64,000 nt of DNA, taken from the NCBI GenBank assembly GCA_025558095.1, contig JAIVFI010000019.1:620001-684000 (forward strand). Reading direction: 5' to 3'. This stretch comes from Hyaloraphidium curvatum SAG 235-1. Its lineage: Eukaryota; Fungi; Monoblepharomycota. Positions 56,714 to 64,000 of the stretch are shown piece after piece. Position 1 is the first letter of the stretch. Every line of letters starts with the position of its first letter. The translations under genes and the position numbers were made by a program. The notes under the pieces were generated by a model. That model searched no databases, had not been told where the DNA came from, and worked only from the letters and a program-made list of their open reading frames with translations.

Positions 56714-58810
56714 TCACCTAGCGCAGGTCGTGACCTGGATCTTGATCTCCGATGTGTAGCCCAGCTCCGTCCCGACGTTGTTGTCCTTGCCCACGACGGG
56801 CTTGGCGCCCGTGAAGGTCTTGAGCTTGCCGTACAGGAACCATGTGCCGCGCTTGAGGACCTTCCGGGAGAGGGTGACGACGGTGGTGTCCGCTTGCTGT
56901 GGGACAGGGAGGTGGACGTCAGGGAGGCCGGGCGAACAACACGAAGGCGGAAGACGTACCCCGGGGAGCAGCGGCAGGTCGCACAGGTTGTCGATGAACG
57001 CCACGCTCGTGGGCCTGCCCGCGATCGGCCCCGCGCGCGACTTGCCCAGCTTGTCCAGCTGCTTGTCGAACACCTTGAGGAACATCCTCCCGTTGGCGTT
57101 GGTCAGGGTGCCGTCCGCGCACCGCGCGCGGATGTAGGGCGTCATGCCGATGGCCACCCTGACGGTGCCGCCGCACGAGAAGCCGGTGACGGACGAGGTC
57201 TGCGCGCCGCCCTGGCCGTAGACTTCGAGGTTGCCGACGAAACGGTCCGTGCGGTCCGAGGTCTTGAGGCGCTCGTCCGAGGCCGCGGCGAAGATGCCCT
57301 CCTCGTTGACGATCTCGAGGATCGCGCGGGCCTTGGCTTCCTTGGTGTTGGCGACCCACGCGGGGATGTCGGCATCGTAGACGCCCGAGTTGAGCACGTA
57401 GTCCGAGGAGAAGTAGGTGTGCAGCAGCTCCGACGCGTCCTTGGGGCGGCGGTCCGCGGGGAGCTGGGTAAGGGTGTCGATCAGGTCCCAGAGGGCGTTC
57501 TTGCGGGCGTCCGAGAGGGCCAGGCGCAGGGCCTTGGGTAGGGCGGGCGCGGTGTTGTAGAAGGGTAGCGTCACTTCGGGGAGCTTGGTGGGGCCCTTGG
57601 CGCTGGCACGGTCCGCGTAGAGCTGCCACAGCGAGATGCCGAGCGCGTACACGTCGGGGCCCATGCCGGGGATGGCGTAGGTGATTGGGGTCGTGGGGAA
57701 AGCGGCATTCTGGGCCGCGGTTTTGGCGGTGGCGGCCCACGCCTTGAGCTGAAGCTCGGGCGAGACGTAGCGGGGCGTGACCCCGACGACCCTCTTAGCG
57801 ACGTTGTACATCTGAAGCAGATCGGCTTTGGTCGTGACGGATCCGTAGTCGATGAGCCTGGGCCAGTTACCGGCGCTGGAGGGCGGCGGGAAGTCAGTCG
57901 ACGCCGACCGTACTGCGAAACCGATGAGCACCAACCAGATCATGAAGTTCTCCGGCTTGACGTCGAGGTGGACGTACCCCTTCTGATGAACGAAGGCCAG
58001 GGCCACGACGGCGCGCGAGAACTGGCGCACGATTTCGGCGTCCGAGGGCCCCGTGGCGCCCCACGACTCAAAGTCGCCGCCCGTGCAGGGGGCGATAACG
58101 AGCCCTCCTCCGGTACGCAGGGGAGTGCCGCCGAGCGCCGGAACGGCCCTGATGAATCCCCACAGCTTGAGGATGAAGGGGCCGCCCTGGAACAGCGCCG
58201 TGTTGGCTGCCTCGCTGTCGAGCAGTTTGGTGGCGGTTTTGACGATGAATGTGTTGCCGGGGAACTTGTTCAGGTTGGCGCGGTAGACGACGCCGGAGCC
58301 GCCGCGACCGATGATGTTGGCGTCGTCGAGGCCGAAGGGGTCGCGGCCATTGTTGAGGGCCACGCCGCGGTCCTCCAGCGTGCGCGGGAGGAGGTTCACG
58401 TCCTGCAGCGTCTTAAGCACGGGGGCCTGGCCGGCCCAGTTTGTCGCGGCCGCGGGGCCGGGAGGGGCACCGCCGTCGTCGTCGTCGTCGCCTTCGCCGC
58501 TGTTGCTGCCGTCGCCGTCGTCCACGCTGCCCGACCCGTCCTCGTCGCCCGACCCGCTGCCGTCGTCGCCGCCGCCGTCGCCGCCCGACGAGTCGTAGCC
58601 CGAGTCGCTTCCGCTGCCGCTGGCCGCGTCGCTGCCGTCGCTGTCGTCGGACGTGCTCGGCCGCCGGCCCCCGCCGGAGCGCCCCCCGCCGGAGCTGCTC
58701 GGCCGGCGCGACCCCGACGACCCGCTCGGCCGCCGCTCAGACGCCGACACGGTGCCCGCGAGGAGCACACACGCGAGGAGGAGGATCGCGAGCAGCTGGA
58801 GGGCGCGCAT
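56714..58810 (-). CDS. Ser/Thr protein kinase with N-terminal signal peptide and unknown C-terminal domain
   Basis: MRALQLLAILLLACVLLAGTVSA; IGRGGSGVVY, FIVK, HLDVKPEN, IDYG, TPRYVSPE, DVYALG. Confidence 0.88.
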   Translation of the reverse strand: MRALQLLAILLLACVLLAGTVSASERRPSGSSGSRRPSSSGGGRSGGGRRPSTSDDSDGSDAASGSGSDSGYDSSGGDGGGDDGSGSGDEDGSGSVDDGDGSNSGEGDDDDDGGAPPGPAAATNWAGQAPVLKTLQDVNLLPRTLEDRGVALNNGRDPFGLDDANIIGRGGSGVVYRANLNKFPGNTFIVKTATKLLDSEAANTALFQGGPFILKLWGFIRAVPALGGTPLRTGGGLVIAPCTGGDFESWGATGPSDAEIVRQFSRAVVALAFVHQKGYVHLDVKPENFMIWLVLIGFAVRSASTDFPPPSSAGNWPRLIDYGSVTTKADLLQMYNVAKRVVGVTPRYVSPELQLKAWAATAKTAAQNAAFPTTPITYAIPGMGPDVYALGISLWQLYADRASAKGPTKLPEVTLPFYNTAPALPKALRLALSDARKNALWDLIDTLTQLPADRRPKDASELLHTYFSSDYVLNSGVYDADIPAWVANTKEAKARAILEIVNEEGIFAAASDERLKTSDRTDRFVGNLEVYGQGGAQTSSVTGFSCGGTVRVAIGMTPYIRARCADGTLTNANGRMFLKVFDKQLDKLGKSRAGPIAGRPTSVAFIDNLCDLPLLPGVRLPPSCCSPGLPDVHLPVPQQADTTVVTLSRKVLKRGTWFLYGKLKTFTGAKPVVGKDNNVGTELGYTSEIKIQVTTCAR

Positions 58811-59267
58811 CGCGGCAGTGCGGGTGGATGATGCTGCAGGAGCGGGCGGAACACGGGTCCATGTTGGGTCCATGCCCGGCGGCGAGAGAAAGGGTCCACT
58901 TTGATCCATGCAATCGCACATTGTACACTTCAAGACGAGAATGGAACGAGGCTCGCAGCTCGTAACCTATCAATGACGTTGCCACGATGTGTCTCTTGGG
59001 ATTGATTCGGACTCCGCTCAATTTAGCCCTCCGCCTGCTTCCCCTCCCCGTTCGCCTGCCTTTTCGAGAGCCATACCCGCCTTCTGGTTCTCGCCCTGGT
59101 TCGCTCTTTCAATTCGTCCACTAGGCTTCTGCGCCGGATCGGGATTGGATTCGGCGCGGTCGGCGAGGCGCCCGAAGTTGGATGGGAGCTCAGCCTCTTG
59201 GCGGCACAGCACCCTCAGCCCGTGGTCGGGCCCATAAGGCGGGGGCTGCGGCGAGCAATCCAACCCG

Positions 59268-59826
59268 ATGCGTGCCGCCATCCTGCTAGGAAGCTCCACA
59301 CAGGACGCCTGCGACCGCCTGCTGCGGCTCCTCCCCAACGCCCGGCATGTCCTGCTCGGGAAGGCCGACATGCGGAGCACCCTGCGGCAACTCGCGGACC
59401 GGGGGCTGCCCTTCGGCACTTTCCTGGTGTTCACGGACGTCGTCGACCCCTCGGATGCGGCGCATCTGGGCTGGTGGCTGGAGGGAGACGATTTGGTGGT
59501 GGATTTGCGGGGCGACGCGCCGGGCTTCCTCCTCCCGGACGTCGTCGGAGACAGCGATGACCTCCTGGACGATGTCGCGGCGTTCGCGGTGGGACGAGCA
59601 TCCAAGGCCGAGGTCCGCTCGAGACACCCGATGCCCTGCGACCCTGGCGCCCGCGTGCGAGATCCCTTGGTGTTGCCCGCTCAATGGTCGCTCTTCCGGC
59701 ACGGGCGACGGCCTTTGCAGGATCGAACGATCTGAGATGCTCGATGCGCGATGCCGAGTCGAGTCCGGCGTCGCGAAGTTGGCGCTGGATGAATGGGCGA
59801 AGGCACTGGGCGGCATCAACCGGTAA
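59268..59826 (+). other. Hypothetical coding fragment, possibly a pseudogene
   Basis: Coding-like ORF (..LLRLLPNARHVLL..) with a putative intron followed by an early stop; no family recognised. Confidence 0.3.
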
Positions 59827-59872
59827 TTGGGACCGGTGCAACAACGCTGGAATCTAGTCCGCTCGGCCGTGA

Positions 59873-61392
59873 TCACCTCGTTGGGCAGATCGAGTCCAGC
59901 GTGAAGAACACCGATCCGCGCAGGATCGACCAGAGCCCGACGAGCAGGGTAAACACCGTCACCAGGAAGGTCCTCAGCACCCCGAAATCCACCACGAATC
60001 CCAAGAACCTGCCGCGGAACCCCGACACCTCCCTGAAAGACGCCAGCAGCCTGTCGTGCTTCGCCAGCGCGTCCAGCAGGTGCGCCCTGTCGGGGTCGGG
60101 GGGGAGCGGCGCCGCGCGCACGAGCATGTCCCGGATCGCGGTCTGCGCCTGCCGGTAGAGCTCCGTGATGAGCTCGATCTGCTCGTTGGAGAGCGCCACG
60201 TGGGTGAGGTCCGTGGTGCTGACGTTGATGAGGTACACGAACGAGAGGACGACGAAGACGGGGATGCACGAGCCGGCGGCCAGGTCTGCGACCAGCGGGA
60301 CGGCAAAGGCCGCGGAGGCGAAGCCCAGCATGATGCGGCCGGAAACGATGGGCACGCGGCGCTCCCAGATTTCGGCGAGGCGGTAGTGCAGCTTGGCGTA
60401 GAGTTGCGCGTCGGGGATGTCCCCGGCCGGGTGTTCGGAGAAAATGACGCGGTCAAAGGCGTCGAGCATGTCGTTCAGGGAGAGGAACATGGCGCGGCGC
60501 TGGACCCGGAGGGAGAGTCGCAGCAGCGACGCGTTGGTCGAGAACCGCCCGATGGTGTTGATGGGGATGTAGTCCAGGGCGCCGACCACCGCCAAGACGC
60601 CCGGGAGGGCCCACCAAGATGTCCAGAACGGGACGGCGCGGACCATCATGGGCGTCGCGAGGACGAACAGAATGAAGCCCGTGGGCGGCAGCGTCCGAGC
60701 CAGGGCCTCGACAAGGCACAACAGCGGGGCACTCCGAACGAGGCGACCGGCGCAGCTTGTCAAAGGGCAGGGGCACAGCGGGTCCCCGGTCCGGTGCTCC
60801 AGGAGCCGCGATGCGCCGCCCGTCGCCGATCCATTTTCGGCCTCACCCCTGCCCGTGACGGAGCGCGAATCGAGTTCCACGAGCTGCGACCACCGAACGA
60901 GCCCAGCCAGAGCGTGCGCACTGTAGTCCGGCTCCGGCGCGGGATCGCCACCGGGCTTGCCCCGCACGGGCGCAAACGCCTTCCACGTCCGGGTGAGGGC
61001 CGAGGGCATGACGATTAGGAAGGAGACCGAGACGTGGAAAAGGCCCCGAACATTCCGGCGGCCAGCTGCGGGGTCGCGTAGCGCCCGTCGTTGAACGCCA
61101 GCGTCGAAAACACGACCACGGCGGCGGGCGCGGAATAGAGGGCGGCCCTGAGCGTGACCCTGGAGGACCAGGGAACAACTGAAAAATGGACGCGCGCCAG
61201 GAGGAGCAGGAATGCGCTGCGGCCGCCGACTTCGCGAAGAAGCGTGCGTCGGTCCAGCAGTGAAGGCCGTTTCTGGTCCGCACCGCCGCCCCGGAAGAGC
61301 TCGGCCTCCGCGGCCGGTGCGGGTGGTGAGGGAACGATGGCGAGCCATTCTGATTCGGAAAAGTCGAGGGGGGCGCCGTGTTTGCTGGCCAT
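59873..61392 (-). CDS. Multipass membrane protein, gustatory-receptor-like/7TMIC-like C-terminus; 1-nt frameshift near 61040
   Basis: About 7 hydrophobic segments; C-terminal GRFLGFVVDFGVLRTFLVTVFTLLVGLW; N-terminal frame GMFGAF switches to FHVSVSFL at a T4 run. Confidence 0.6.
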
Positions 61393-61667
61393 TTTGGCGA
61401 CGGGGAATGTTCGACGGAAAGGGCGGGTGGCAAAGCAACGCGGATTGAGGTCCCAAGGCAGTTGCCTCGAGTATCGTCGGCGAATACTGCTGAGGACCGT
61501 GAGATTGCTACGCGTAATGAAGACCACGGCTTGACGATTGGCCCCACGCGTCGTCGAGAACGGATGGACTGGACTACGCCCCCGGCAGATGCACTCCTCG
61601 ACTTCCCCCTCACTCCTTGCCGGTACATAGCCAGGTACTTCCAATTCGGAATTCAGCAGTCCCATAT

Positions 61668-64000
61668 CTACACCCGTCTGTAGCCCGCATCCCCTCCCCG
61701 GGCGACGCCAGTCCTCCTCGCCAGCAGGAACCCGCCCGCGGCGCCGACCACGAGCGCGATCGCCACGCTGCCCGCCGACTCGGGCACCCTCCGCGCCACC
61801 GCGGCCGCGTACCCCCTCGCGGCGTCCATCCCCCGCCGCGCCAGCGTCGACCTCTTGGCGGGGTAGCTCCGCACCGCGGGCGGCAGCACCCCCGCGAACG
61901 GATCGTCGTCCCTGTACGGCTCCGCGTCTCCGAGGCAGTTGGCCACCGTGTCGAGCGCGTAGCCCTTGGCCTTGAGGAGGTCCACCAGCGGGCCCGCGAG
62001 CTCCACCGCGGTGCTGTAGATCGAGTCGTGCGCGAGCAGCGTTATCCCGACCCTGCGCCCGTTGGGCAGGCCGTAGTTGAGCGCGTTGATGTCCGAATCG
62101 ACCGAGTTGAGCACGTCCTGGATCGGATACCGCCCCGTCGCGTTCTCCTGCACCTTGTCGTCCGTGACCAGGTCCCACATGTGCATGAGGTAGCCCATCG
62201 CGCCGACCACCAGCGCCGACTGCGGGTTCCAGTCGCCCCACGGGGGCCGGAAGTACCGCGGGCGGACGCCGGTCTCGGCGAGGAGCAGCGCCTCGAGGTC
62301 GCCCATCTCCTTGCGGATCGAGGCCTCGGAGTGGTAGGGGATGCTGATGTGGTTCCAGGTGTGCACGCCGAGCTGGTGGCCCTCGGCCACGATGCGGCGC
62401 AGGAGGGGGAGGCGGTCGGTGATGGAGCAGCGCCTGGAGAGGCAAACGGGGCCTCAGCTTGCGCCGGACGGCGACCAACAGGGCGAGGCTTCCTCACCAT
62501 TTTCCCACGACGAAAAACGTCGCGCGCACGCCCTTGGATTTCAAGGTGTCCAAGAGCTGATCCGTCCACGTGCAAGGCCCGTCGTCGAACGTCAGCGCCG
62601 CCACCCCGTCCGCGCACCCGCGGTAGACGGGGCTCGAGGCCGCCACGAACCTCCCCCGGATCGGCACTGGCGCCACCGGCCCCGCCCCGCCGTACGACAG
62701 GCAGAACGCGAACGTGGCGTTGGCCTGCGGCGGCACGCTCCCGATCGCGGTGCCGAACGCCGGCGGGGCGACGGCGAGGAAGCGGTCGAACTGCCGCGGG
62801 GGCGCCACGAGGCCGGCGGCGGTGACCCGCTGCGGCAGCGCGGCGACGGTGTAGTTCAGCCCCCCCGTCCTGCCCTCGGCCAGCAGCTCCGTGCCCGGCG
62901 CCAGCGCGAGCCAGACCTCCCACGAGTCGGACGAAAAGCCGACGGCGTTGGCGAGGTCCCCCGCGGGCAGCTGGAAGTGCGGCATCGAGGCGGAGTAGCA
63001 CGCCTTGTCGGCGGAGGAGGACGTGGGGACGACGTCGATCCCGCGGGAGCCGCGGGTGCCCACGTAGGATGCGTTGATCGGGGGAGCTGGCACCAGGCCG
63101 AAGCACTTGCCGTAGCCGACCTGGCAGTTTTCCGGCCCGCACCCTGCGGCGGACGGACGTGCCCGTTAGCGCGCGGAAAGGGGGGGAAAGGGCGCACGGC
63201 ACTCACAATCCCACCCGTCGTTGCCCCCGTCGTTCTCGCAGTACCCCACGTTGCTGCAGCACACCCCGTCCGGGCACCGGGTCCCGAACGAGAAGCCGCA
63301 CCGGCCGTTGGTGCTGACGGGGTACGTCGTTTTGGGGCCGCTGACGAGCACGGGGGTGCCGCGGACGGTGAGCGTGGGGGAGGTGCTGCCCGATGCTGCC
63401 GAGGTTGTGGCACTCGAGGTCGTCCGGCTTGTGCTGCTGGTGGTTGTGGAGCTGCCCGCGGTCGTCTTGCTGCTCGCCGTCGCAGCCGTCGCGGTCGCAC
63501 CGAACCCCGGGCACGCCGCAAACGCCGTCGCAACCGGCACGGCGGTGAAGCACTTGCCGTACCCGAGCTGGCACCCCGCGCCGCACCACGGGCTCCCGGA
63601 ATCCCCGCCGTCGTCCTGCACGGCCGCGCGCATCAGACCCGCACGAGGCCGCCGCACGCACGCACCGACCTGGCAGTAGCCCCACTGCGAGCAGCAGTAA
63701 CCATCCGGGCACCGTTTGCCGCCGTTGTTGGCGCCGCAGGCGCCGGGGACGGTGCCGACGGGGAGGGTGGGGCAGGGTGCGTACACGGTGGTGCTCCTGG
63801 AGACGGTGAGCAGGGCGGGCTGGGTGGCGGGGGACGACGTGGTGGTTGTCTTGCTCGTCGTGGGCGGGCTGGCGGTCGTGGTGGTGCTCGCGGACGTCGG
63901 AGTGCCCGGTGAGCCCGAGGTGGTCGCCCCGGGGCAATAGTCCGAGACGACCGGCGCCGTCCCGACGAAGCACTTGCCGTACCCCTTCTGGCACCCGTCC
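61668..64000 (-). CDS. Chitin deacetylase (CE4/NodB) with multiple CBM18 chitin-binding modules and a C-terminal membrane anchor; 5' end outside window
   Basis: CPDGYCCSQWGYC, CPDGVCCSNVGYC..CQVGYGKC; ALTFDDGP, HTWNH, YFRPPWG, LLAHD; hydrophobic C-terminus. Confidence 0.92.

Noticed and set aside
1-64000. Prokaryotic origin or contamination of the window
   Set aside because: Bacterial-like genes are interleaved with intron-containing fungal genes, and some carry introns themselves

Overview
GC-rich, gene-dense eukaryotic DNA with about 38 genes or gene remnants and many short (~50-60 bp) GT-AG introns with CTGAC-type branch points. Gene content is fungal: a Zn2Cys6 transcription factor, a CBM18 chitin deacetylase and an Ecl1-like protein. 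The style suggests an early-diverging chytrid/monoblepharid fungus such as Hyaloraphidium (inference only). Housekeeping genes (RPP40, mitochondrial carrier, enoyl-CoA hydratase, rhodanese, promethin-like) are mixed with several bacterial-like genes: a myxobacterial-type metallophosphoesterase, a YuiH-like Mo-oxidoreductase, an OYE, DUF4386, a TIMP-like protein and a reprolysin-like protease. Lineage-specific secreted proteins are also present. The most unusual items are: (i) three tandem intronless orphan genes sharing an N-terminal RRxS(D/A)P..W..RD..(F/W)V..L(V/M)P motif, one with a PP1-docking RVxF; (ii) a signal-peptide-bearing canonical protein kinase with no transmembrane segment; (iii) a gustatory-receptor-like multipass protein with a 1-nt frameshift; (iv) a TIMP-like inhibitor plus a metzincin; (v) a tandem hydroxylase duplication showing an intron difference and gene conversion. 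I recognised no rRNA, tRNA, CRISPR array or intact transposon. Exon boundaries were read by eye and are approximate.
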